A stretch of 60,948 nt of DNA, counting the filler. It is 10 parts of 10 records of this genome, joined end to end, with 100 filler letters (N's around TTAATTAATTAA, not from the genome) between each part and the next. Parts side by side here need not be neighbours in the genome. Positions count along the whole stretch, not along the records: positions 23,746 to 35,843 come from SRR15195285_5540; positions 35,944 to 38,949 come from SRR15195285_5545; positions 39,050 to 42,989 come from SRR15195285_5546; positions 43,090 to 46,411 come from SRR15195285_5552; 6 more parts are not named here. One strand, 5' to 3'. The notes under the pieces are model-generated. The model saw only the letters and a program-made list of their open reading frames with translations, was not told the origin of the DNA and made no database searches. Of this stretch, positions 34,101 through 44,283 are shown piece by piece. Within the stretch, counting starts at the first letter, position 1; each line of letters opens with the position of its first letter. A program made the position numbers and the translations under genes.

Positions 34101-35843
34101 CTAGTGTCGCAGGTTCTTGTGTCACGACTGCATCAGCCAGCGAACCAACGTCTACAGCGAACACAACATCACCGTACTGCATCGGGATGGGCGTTTCCAT
34201 GGTGGCACGGGTGTTCAACAGAGAAGCGATCTGATGGGCAACGCTCAACGGTGCCACGATGTGAAACCTCACTGTCGTGTCGCGACTGCCTGCTTGAAGC
34301 CGACGTCGCTCATGTTCCACAATATCATCGATCACGACATCATCGGACCTGACCGCTCCCCAAAGCGCTGCGGCGATAGCTGCCTTCATGACTTCTTCGA
34401 AATCACTATTCGTTCTGAGACTTTCACTTTGTATGTTTGCCAGTGTGAGCCCCTCCCCTGGAAGGAGCAACTCTGATGCAACCCAAACCAAATCGGATGG
34501 TTGCTCCTCCTCCTCCTGCTGCAGCATTGCAAGTGCTACTGCTGATGCCATTGCCTCGGCAGCCATTGTGCTGTAGGTGATAATCTCGACGGGCACAACT
34601 CTTCGTTTCGGCTCAGCCGGCAGCGACGTGTACCGTACCTGCTCCCACATGTCACATGTCAGATCCCAGCATAGAATTGAGACAATTGCTTACACGCGGA
34701 CTTGCATTCAGAGTATATACTTGAAGGTTTGCCTGTGAATCGATCAACAACGCTGCACCGACGGTCAATGAGCTCGAAGACGACACTGCAGTTTGATCGG
34801 CACCAAGAGCAACACCTGTCTCGACAAAACAAGCCTGGAACGTCTCGGCAGAGGCGGAAATAGTCGTCGCCAACGACGCGACTGTTGCGCGTTCAACCTC
34901 GGCTACAATCTGGGTGTTGATCGCCATGATCATCGTAGTCGCACTGTGTACATGGACAGTAAACGTGAACTCGTCTGAAGCTGGCCTGTACACGGACCAG
35001 GATGAACCTGCACCCAGTGCAGTCCGAGACGCGCAGCTATCTGTCGCGCATCTGCACATCCCCGATGAGCTATGAAACACAAATGCCGCTGAGCTATGGC
35101 ACTGGGGTGCCTCCACTGTCTCAGCAAAGCATGTTTGCAGCGTGTGGTCGCGCCCGAGGTCATGCTCTGCTGCACAAATCGCATTTTCCTCGACAACGTT
35201 CAGTTTCACAGTTGATGCATTCCAAACAGGTACTTGTCCGCACTGCGTTCCATCGCAGAGCAACGATCCAGCAGCGCGTACCGTTTCAACGTGCAACGTA
35301 CCCGAGAGACTACCACTGTTTTCAATGGTCACTTCCCATTCTGAACCATCAACGGGCCAACTGCCTTGGCAGTTTAGCCACGATCCCTCTCCAAACTCTG
35401 GCACCAGCAGGGGTGGCGCACCGCTGGCAACGGTCTCGGATAGTCGCAGTGCCTCTGAGAACATCTCCACTCTCAGCAAAACTAGTTGGTCTGCTTGGGC
35501 TTTGATCACTGTTGTGCACAGCCTGCCGTGTTCATCATCTGCTGGCGTTAGTGCAACCAGCCTACCTTCCGACTCGTGGATTGCAGGAGATGCACATACG
35601 TCTGTTACAAACCCGGCAGCAGCTGTTTGACCATCCATGCATCGAATCAGAAAGTCTTGCGGAGACCACGAAGTCGTTTGAGCAGTGCTTGCCGAGCTGC
35701 CGTCACGAGCTGCTAACAGCGTGAAAACTGTAGAGCCTCCACTCCCTTCCACCCTACCATCAACATCTCCTCCCGCAATTGCATCAACACCCTGCGCGCT
35801 GACGCTAGTCAACGAACCAGGAAGGATCTCCCACCAGCCTCCG
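25138..35843 (-). CDS. Giant (>3500 aa) receptor-like protein: multi-domain ectodomain, about 9 TMs, cytosolic SH3, EF-hands and SH3b-like domain; intron 34639-34693; 5' truncated
   Basis: A 55-nt GTAAGC...GAGCAG intron joins ORFs 34652-35812 and 25138-34650 in phase 0. Ectodomain has PA14-like (FSQRIRGLFAPTISGEHTF), PAN-like, Ig/filamin-like, CUB-like and CxxCPxG modules. CAEHHVGMICAGC precedes the TM bundle, which contains YYHPNRWWWF..L.RK and EPY....N. Confidence 0.85.
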
Positions 35844-35943
35844 NNNNNNNNNNNNNNNNNNNNNNNNNNNNNNNNNNNNNNNNNNNNTTAATTAATTAAN
35901 NNNNNNNNNNNNNNNNNNNNNNNNNNNNNNNNNNNNNNNNNNN
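35844..35943. other. Artificial contig spacer
   Basis: 44 N + TTAATTAATTAA + 44 N. Confidence 0.99.
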
Positions 35944-38710
35944 GCTGCTGCTGCTGCTGCTGCTGCTGCGTGCGACGTGACTGTGGAAGACCATCCCAAA
36001 TAGTTTCATCAATGCCCTGTGCACTGGAAACGGGAGGGCGGCTAGTAGTGCCGGCACTACTGGCCCGTCGCTGGTCACCCCCTTGCGTTGGCCTGCGTGG
36101 CGGTAGTATGAGACTGTCAGCATCGTCAGCGTTGTGTGCAGTTGCATCTTCTGTAGCTGCATCTTCTGTAGCTGTCGCGGCGTCTTCCTCTTCGGGGATC
36201 TCTCGCAGTGCTCCCACTTCGTATTCATGCCGTTTGCCTGCCATGCTTTCGCTTTCGGCCTCGCTTGCCACGCTGCTGCCTCCGCCGCCCCCCTTCATCG
36301 CAGCTATCCTTGGGGCATTCATCACGATCGCATCAACCCACCGCTCTGCATCTTCTGGTGACTCTGCCTTCAGCGTGTACGGTGGACGTTGAGAGTTCGC
36401 AATCACCACGACAAACTCGGTGGAACCTTCGTCCCACTGCACCGCAATTACGTCCTTCATCGCTAGCTGTCCCAGCTGAGCATGAGCGCGTGTGTCAGAC
36501 TGTGCCTTGAAGTAGCTCAAACGAGAGCGCGTGAGGATAAAGAAGCGCAGCTGCCAAAAGAAGCCTAGACCATCGGGTCGTCGCTTGTTGAGAAAGCCCG
36601 ACATTACCGCTTCCTGCGCAGAGATTGAGGAACCTTTTCGAGGCTGGATATAGCTGCCTTCCCCAAATTGACTCTCATGCTCCTCTGCAGACCTCTGCGA
36701 GGTGATCGTAAAGTAGACCTCTGAGTTTTCTTCCTGGTCATCATCATCCTTCTCCACAAAGTACCTGTCGCCAGGCTTCTCGTCAGATTCGGCGTTCAGG
36801 CCAATGGAAGCAGGACCACGGCTCTTCGCAGTGACCCTCTCGACCTCAGCCTCGCAGTAGCGCCCTCGATCCCCCGCGATAATGCCGTTTACCCACCGCA
36901 GACGGAATTCAGAAGGCGGTCCTTCAGTTTCGCCTCTATTATCATACGCTACCTCCGCCTCGGTGCCACCAACCCATTTGGTCTTTGAAGTTGATGCAAA
37001 GATCACCTCGGAGTGTGGATCAATCGTGGTCGGCGGGGAGTAACCGGCGAACCAAGAACCAGAGTTGATCCGCCTGGTTTTCAGGTGCAGCGAGACGTCT
37101 GTAGCGTTCGTGATGTGTACCATGGTCGATCGGAAGTACTGTCCGAGCTTCTTGCGCAATTGTGTCGCATCAATCTCATCGACTGCGGTCACCTGAGACG
37201 GCGTGCGTGATGCCCGCGATGGCACGGACGAGGTATCGTCGATGGTACGGCTCCGCCGTGTCCCCCCTGGACCCCGGTGGCTGACAGCAGCATCCTCGAT
37301 CTCCTCATCGTCGTACAGTAGCTCCTCCAAGCTGTCGTCGTCATCGTCGTCATCGTCAGCATCACCGTTGGCCTCGCGTTGGATCGCGTGCTCCACACGA
37401 TCGAAGTGACGGCGAGCAGCATGCCGAGCGCGACCGAGAAGCTGTACCTCCGTCAGGATGTCCGACATCCATTCATCACGTTGCCAATCCTCTGCCTTGG
37501 TGTCCTTCTCACGCTGTTCGTTCTCTTGGAACATCTTCCACGCCTTCTCCAGCAGCTGCTCGGTCTTAGCCGCCTTGGCAGAGAGGGACGACGCACGTGC
37601 AACTCCGAGGGCCTCGGGGCAGTAGCCTCGAGCACGGGTCTCCTCGCTGCCTGCGCGCATCATTACTTGACTTTCGCTTACATTAGCAGCATCAGTGTCT
37701 GTTGCCACACCCTGACTCCGCAGAGGCTGCTCCTCAAACAGCCGCAACTGATTGAACTGATCCTTCAGGGAGGACGTGAGCTTATTGACCCACGGGCGTG
37801 CATACACTCCTTCCTTCTGCTTCGTGAGCGAGCGCTCATGGTACTCGATGGTGATGATGGCGAGAGACACCGCGCAGAGGATGAAGAAGAAGGCGGACCC
37901 TGCGTTGTGTACTAGGTTTCGCAGTTCGAAGCGCATGTGGATCAGGATGGATGCGGCGAAGAACAGCGTGATCACCCCAGCAGAGAAGCCATACATCGAC
38001 ACGTCTGCCAACAAGCCGCAGTGCATCTGGAACCAGCGGCGAAAGTAATCACGAAGCAGCGCCGCGTCCAACACATCGTCGACTCCGCGCTTCGCTCGCC
38101 AGGCCTTGTTCAAGTGCATCTCGACCTGCATCACCCCCGCGGTGTATTGATTGAGCCGGCGGGTCACAATGAAGTTCGTCCAGAGCGAGAGCGAAAGCAG
38201 ACCCAACGCCGAGCCGAGCGCGGCCGAGTACATCCAGGAGAAGGTGTCCCACACCTTGTCCGTGCGGACCTCAGCCTCGTCCCAGGGCAGCTCGATCAGC
38301 CCGAGCTGAAAGGCGCAGGTCAGCATGACCGTCTGGCAGATCATCAGTGCATTATATCTATTGTTCTTCTGCCCGAACTCGTCGCGTAAGCCGGCGCGTA
38401 TCTCAGCGCGCATTGCGATATCGCGGTCGACTCGGTGCTGCAGCTTCGCCTGCTCGAACGAGCGGCGGTGGTGACGGTCGGACTGGTAGTACGCTGCCTC
38501 ACCCTGCGCGTAGGACTGTGCGTGATGCCGCTCAGACTGCGCGTAGGCCTCACCGTGGTGCGCGATGGACTCCGTGTAGCCAGCGTAGAAGAAGCGCTTG
38601 TCCTGCTGGAACGCTTCCTTGTGCACCTTCAGCGCTGTCGTGATCTCACCCGTCGCCAGGCCGCTGGACATCGCGCCAGCGGCCACGGACAGCCCGCCCA
38701 GCACCGCCAT
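35944..38710 (-). CDS. 4-TM (Orai/PGG-like) protein with aegerolysin-like and PH domains; 3' truncated at a CAG repeat
   Basis: Uninterrupted ORF of about 920 aa from ATG 38710, with four hydrophobic helices (about 38360-37840). Aegerolysin-like RSTMVHITNAT...GSW...PPTTIDP...GTEAEVAY...FRLRWVN. PH domain SGFLNKR...WQLRFFIL...LSYFK...YTLKAES..DAERWVDAI. Confidence 0.8.
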
Positions 38711-38949
38711 ACTGCTGCAGTTGAAGCCTGTGGCTGGCACACCAAGCCGCCCCGGCGCTTGGCCAGGCGTGACACCACAGACAAACAGCGCTGTCTGCTC
38801 CGGAGGGCGTTCGAGGCGCAGCGGCAGTGCGCACCCACAGCTCGTGCCACACCCACAGCCCGCAGCTCGCAGGCTAGCTAGTCGAGCAAGGTCTGCCGGG
38901 GGTACTATCTACAGTAGGATATGAATAAACAAGCGCCGGAGTGTATTTA

Positions 38950-39049
38950 NNNNNNNNNNNNNNNNNNNNNNNNNNNNNNNNNNNNNNNNNNNNTTAATTA
39001 ATTAANNNNNNNNNNNNNNNNNNNNNNNNNNNNNNNNNNNNNNNNNNNN
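38950..39049. other. Artificial contig spacer
   Basis: 44 N + TTAATTAATTAA + 44 N. Confidence 0.99.
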
Positions 39050-39668
39050 CCCCCCCTGATTCCATGCGCCGGTACTGATTTATTCGTCTGGCCAGGGTCA
39101 CGAGAGCCTACGAGTACCGTACCGGTACGGCAGTAGCCGCCGCGCGGCCGACAAGTGGCCGCGCGACCGCGCGACTAAATCTTAAAGTCATGGATCCGAA
39201 TACAAACGTACGGCTGTAGTGTATGATAATTGATATACTAGTATGCGGAGCCACCGCGCGGTCGGTCAAGCGCATGTAGCGTGCAGTGCACAGACCACAC
39301 ACACCCTCTCAACGTTGGTCTCCGTTCCCGTGACGCATGTTCGTTGTTGACTCGACCCCTCGCGACCCAACCCTTCTCGCACTGCAAAGATCACACTGAT
39401 CGTACTACTCGAGTACGTACTGTACTGTATATGGAGAGAGAGACTCAGACTGAGTGAGGTGCCACCCTGATTTCTGCAGGGTCACTGCGGGCGGTCCGCC
39501 GTCCTCCTCTCACTGGGCGCGGGCGGTAAGTACCACAGTACGCTGTCGCGCTGGGGCGCGGGGCGGAGGCGGGGGTTGCCGTGGCTCCGGGGGGGTTAAG
39601 TGCGTAGCGAGCTTGGGCTTGGCTGCGGCTGAGTCGCGAGGCCAGCCACAGCACGAGGCGCAGGCGAG

Positions 39669-42620
39669 ATGTACGAGCCGCCGAGCCTTGCGCACCAAGG
39701 GGTCGACTTTGATAACCCGGCAGCAGTCGGAGGGCAGGCTGCGCTGCGACCGAGTGTCGGGCTCATCGGGTATCAGGGCCAGGCCTTCAACGCCGATGCT
39801 TCGCTTTCTTTGTTTAGTGATGACGCGGCTCTCTACAGGTCGTTGAAACGCACGCGTCAGCAGTCGATCGTGGCAGTAGTGATTCTGGGGGCGCTGCTTG
39901 TCCTAGTCTCCGTGTTATACTACACCAAGGACGGTTCGGTCACGTTGCCGGACGAAGCACAGGCAAAGATGGCTGAGTTCAACAACCGCACCGACCTGAT
40001 TGACTTGGATTTGGACGCGAACAACAATCACGGGGCGTGCATGTCGCGGGCCGACCAGGCCTACCTCCTCTTCATGAACGGCATCTTGGTCGCCCACGGC
40101 TCAGACAACTGTGGCCTCGAGCTTGTCGACAAGCAGCTCCAGGCCCCTGAGTGTAGGCAGAACATGCATGGGCAGGAGATGTGGGTTGCGATCGAGGCTC
40201 AGGACAGCGAAGCTGTGGACAGCATAGGAACGAGCTTGGGTGGAATTAAAGCGTCGATGGAGTGGTGCGGCCTGGAGATCACGACAAATGGGAACTGGCA
40301 GTGCAGCACAACCGCGGAGCCAGGGTGGCAAAACCCGTCTGCGCCAGGGCCGGGTGACGAACGGGCGACATGGGCAATGAGCAGCCTCGATCCGTTTTCC
40401 GTTACATGGAACGAGGACGATGAGGGCAACGATCTTTGGGGTGAACCTGCGATTGTGCTGGACAGCACGAAGGTTGAACAGCAGGCAGATGGCCCCATCC
40501 AGTCGCTAGGAAGTGGCCCGGAATATACAGGCTCACCCCTGGAGGCACAGTGGATTTGGATGGGCGGAAAGTCCGTGGCCGGTCACAAGAACACGGAGTC
40601 CACTGACTCCGTATACTGCCGGCGCAAGGTCTCATGCCACGATCCTGAGTTTAGTGAACAGATACATCACACAGGTTACCGCTGCGAGTCGGCCTTTGTG
40701 AACCAAACTGAGGTCCAAGAGGAAGCCGTTGGTTGTGAGCACGAGGTGGAGAAGGACGAAGGTGAGGAGGCGGAGTGTATCGTTGGGTTGATGGCATCCC
40801 CAGAGAACTTCCTCAAGGGTGTCGGCGGCTGCATGCTCATGATCTACATGTTCGTTGGCTTCCATATCGTATGTGACGACTTTTTTGTACCGGCTCTCAA
40901 CGTGCTGTGCGACAAGCTCAACATGCCAGATGACATTGCAGGTGCCACGTTCATGGCCGCGGGCGCCTCGTCGCCAGAGCTCTTCGCTTCGCTTATCGGC
41001 GTGCTCACGCACTCTGCCGTTGGTGCTGGCACAGTTGTAGGGTCTGAACTTTTCAACATGCTGGTCATAATTGGCGGCGTTTGTCTCGTCACGCCGACCG
41101 CACTGACTCTAGACTGGCGCCCACTTGCTCGTGAGGTCCTTTTCTTCGCGCTCTCACTGGTCGGGATCTTGCTTACGCTGAACGACTCAGTCGTGTACTT
41201 GTATGAAGCATGCCTCCTTATGGGAGGTTACGCCCTGTACGTAATCGTGTGTGCCAACTTCAACAAGCTGGTCAGGTTGATGTGCCCGGTTTCGAGTGCA
41301 GAGGACGAGGCCATAAGCTCAGAAGGTAGTGAAGATTTGAAGGGATTCGCTTTGGAAGACGGGCTGACTGAGGCAGACATTCGTGAGAGTGTCAAATACA
41401 GTGCAGATCAGCTTAATGGGAAAGCCTTTGGTATGGACTACGGCCAGGTGCTCATGCACGGGTTCATGTTCAAGAAGAGTGAGTTCTATACGAAAGTACG
41501 AAACTCGAAGCAGATGTGGCAGAAGCGCTGGCTAGTGCTGAATGAGGAAGTCGGGCTGTTCTATACAAAAAAGAATGGGAAGGACCGCGTGCTCCTCTCT
41601 TTGCCAGCGTCGTGGGCAGGCACATCAGTCGAGAAACTGTCTTACACAGAGTTCGCGCTCAAAACTCCGGGCAACACATTGGTCTTCAAGGCTGCCAAGC
41701 CCGCGTTCTGCAAGGCTTGGATCAGAGTGATAGAAGCTAGGATTCAGCACTTTAAGACGCTTTCACCGGGCTCGACGGCAATCGCACCGACAGATGGCGA
41801 AGACGTGGAAGACTTCAGTAAATTGCAAACGTTATGCTACGCTTGCTACCATTATCACTGTTGCGTGTCACCATCGGAAACTCACAGGATTGCATTGCTC
41901 CCCCGCAGGTGAAGAAGAAGCTCACGACATTTTGAGTATGCCGGACAGCATGGGTGCCAGAATCTTCTTCATTTACTGTTTTCCAATGCTTGCGCTGTTT
42001 AAGTATACCATTCTAGATGTTCGCAAGAAGAAGTGGACGAACTGGTACCCTGTTACGATGGCCACCACTGTCGTCTGGCTGGCGTTCATGGCCGAGGGCA
42101 TGATGACCGGCGCGGAGACTGCGGGCTGCATCATGGAAATCCCGCAGGACGTGATGGGGTTGACAGTCGCAGCGGCAGGGACATCTTTACCCAACCTCTT
42201 CGCGAGCTTGATTGTCGCGAAGCAGGGCCTCGGGAACATGAGTGTCTCTAATGCCTTTGGGTCCAATACCTTCAATATTTTCATTGCCTTAGCGGTGAGT
42301 AAACTCAACTGAGCGCTGCAACCAGGCCTTGGTCTGTGCACCCAGCTAATCGTCGTTGTGTCCATGTCTGCGCGTCCTTGAAACAGCTTCCATGGGCGGT
42401 CGGTGCTTTTCTTCAAGGCTCATCGCATGATCCATGCGGTCTGGGTTACGCGTATCTGGTGCCCGCGGGAAAGATCTTCACGTCCTGCATGATCCTTGTG
42501 GGGGTTCTACTTATGATTATCGGCTGCCTTGTGGCGTTCAACATGCAGCTCACGAAGGAGGTCGGATATTTCTTTAACGTGTGCTATCTTGGAATCCTGG
42601 GCTACTTGCTGGTAGCATGA
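39669..42620 (+). CDS. NCKX/SLC24-like cation/Ca2+ exchanger with N-terminal lectin-like ectodomain and PH domain in the central loop; exons 39669-41817, 41909-42294, 42387-42620
   Basis: Alpha-1 repeat CDDFFVPAL...DIAGATFMAAGASSPELF...GTVVGSELFN. Alpha-2 repeat VMGLTVAAAGTSLPNLFAS...GLGNMSVSNAFGSNTFNIFIALA-LPW. Two phase-consistent GT-AG introns. Confidence 0.9.
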
Positions 42621-42769
42621 CAAGGCAGGGCAGTCACGTGTCTACGGTCACCTCGTAACTTACAGAATTCGAACACGGATCAAGGGGAGACTCAACCGTT
42701 GAAACCGGGACGGTTCAACCGTTGAAACCGTTGAGCGAAAGTGCCGCAAGGCAGGCCACTGCTGCTCGG

Positions 42770-42880
42770 AAGCGGCAGCAGGCATCGTGGACGACGCCGA
42801 CCCGGTGGAGGGCAACACCCCCCTGATGGAGGCCGCGTGCTGCGGCAACACCGAGGTCGTGCGCGAGCTGGTGCGCAATA
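42770..42880 (+). pseudogene. Isolated ankyrin-repeat fragment
   Basis: Translates as IVDDADPVEGNTPLMEAACCGNTEVVRELVRN, which matches the ankyrin consensus. No start codon or full gene is apparent. It could instead be an exon of a gene truncated by the contig end. Confidence 0.45.
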
Positions 42881-42989
42881 CCGCGAGATCACCACACCGG
42901 CCCTGGAGAGTGGGATAAGAGCGATCACGTCATATTCCCTGAGCATGAAATATCCCCACTCCCCCGCAGCTGTGAGGCTGAATGCATCC

Positions 42990-43089
42990 NNNNNNNNNNN
43001 NNNNNNNNNNNNNNNNNNNNNNNNNNNNNNNNNTTAATTAATTAANNNNNNNNNNNNNNNNNNNNNNNNNNNNNNNNNNNNNNNNNNNN
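42990..43089. other. Artificial contig spacer
   Basis: 44 N + TTAATTAATTAA + 44 N. Confidence 0.99.
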
Positions 43090-43090
43090 A

Positions 43091-44230
43091 TGGCACCGCT
43101 TCGTGCGATGGCGTGTTGACGAAAATCAGCTCGGTACATTGCGCATCTTTTGGTTCCGGTGGCAGAACTGGCTGCTTTGCCATCAACACTCCAAGCAGAA
43201 GTCTCGTCTGCCGCAGGTACACTCGACCCCGACTGCAGATCGGCTGTCCGGCGCGCAGGTAGTGCTGCATCAGGCGCTGACCTCCTACATGCCCCAGGAG
43301 GGACCTACAGGCATTCCCAGCTCGCCGAGCACCGTGATTACGGAAAGCCCCGGCTCCTACAGCAATTCACGCCGCGAGTCTATGTATGGAGTGGAGTTGC
43401 AGCCAATACACCGGGAGGAGAAAGCGGCGACGTTGTCAACTCCAAAACCTCCCTGCGATGATCGGTACATTGAGACCAAGAACAGCGGCAGCAGCAGAGG
43501 GTTAGCTGACGAGACTGAGAGTGCTGCAACCATAGCCATGTCTCCAGATATGACATCTGCCCCGCAGCAACAGCTGCCCGATGCTCCCAATCCAGTCGGC
43601 CTGCCCGCACGGGCTGCGTCGGTCTCGAATGAAGCCCACGGTTGGTCGACTCGACTGCAGCTTGTTCTCAGGGAGCGTAGTAGTGCTGTCGCTTTACGAA
43701 ACGCTTTGGTGACAGAAGGTGTCATCGATCGTGCAGAGGTGACAGGTGCTACAGACATCTGCAGGAGAGTCGTGGGTGGCTGGCGTGGTGTGACTCTAGC
43801 AACAAAGCTGATTCGACTCGGGAAACTTGCAGCGTTCATTCGCTATGCACATTGGCTCACGAGGAAAGCCTTTGCAAAGTGGTTAGCAAGAGAAAGACGA
43901 GATGGAACGCCGGGCAGCGACGGCGAGGTGAAAGTCAGCCCAGGCACGCGAACGGTGAGGAAGATCGCAAGGATCGGTGACGAAACGCGGCGTTGGAGTG
44001 GAATGGGGAGCTCAACGGAAAACAGCGCGCAGCACAAACCGGGCGCGCTCGATGGCAACGCTGTCTCTGCCGCGTCGACGCCACTTCGCTCGGCTCAGCA
44101 GTGCCTATCTCCGAAGTCGACTTCGGGTCCTCGAAGACCCGCAGAGGATCGCTGGCTTGTGCGTATGCGCCGCGAGATGCGGCAGGCGACACAACCGCCG
44201 CCCGTCTACCACCGAGGCGCGCTGCCGTAA
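43091..44230 (+). CDS. 3' part of a hypothetical protein (5' truncated)
   Basis: Frame is open from the contig start. Mostly low-complexity Ser/Pro sequence with Trp-spaced helical segments. Confidence 0.55.
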   Translation, partial: WHRFVRWRVDENQLGTLRIFWFRWQNWLLCHQHSKQKSRLPQVHSTPTADRLSGAQVVLHQALTSYMPQEGPTGIPSSPSTVITESPGSYSNSRRESMYGVELQPIHREEKAATLSTPKPPCDDRYIETKNSGSSRGLADETESAATIAMSPDMTSAPQQQLPDAPNPVGLPARAASVSNEAHGWSTRLQLVLRERSSAVALRNALVTEGVIDRAEVTGATDICRRVVGGWRGVTLATKLIRLGKLAAFIRYAHWLTRKAFAKWLARERRDGTPGSDGEVKVSPGTRTVRKIARIGDETRRWSGMGSSTENSAQHKPGALDGNAVSAASTPLRSAQQCLSPKSTSGPRRPAEDRWLVRMRREMRQATQPPPVYHRGALP

Positions 44231-44283
44231 GACGTAAATGATTGCAGCGCAGATACGTTCGCAAAAGAGTTTTCAATTGAAAA

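Noticed and set aside
34639-34693. Operon-like translational coupling of the ORF ending at 34652 with the ORF starting at 34650
   Set aside because: Explained by a 55-nt GT-AG intron.
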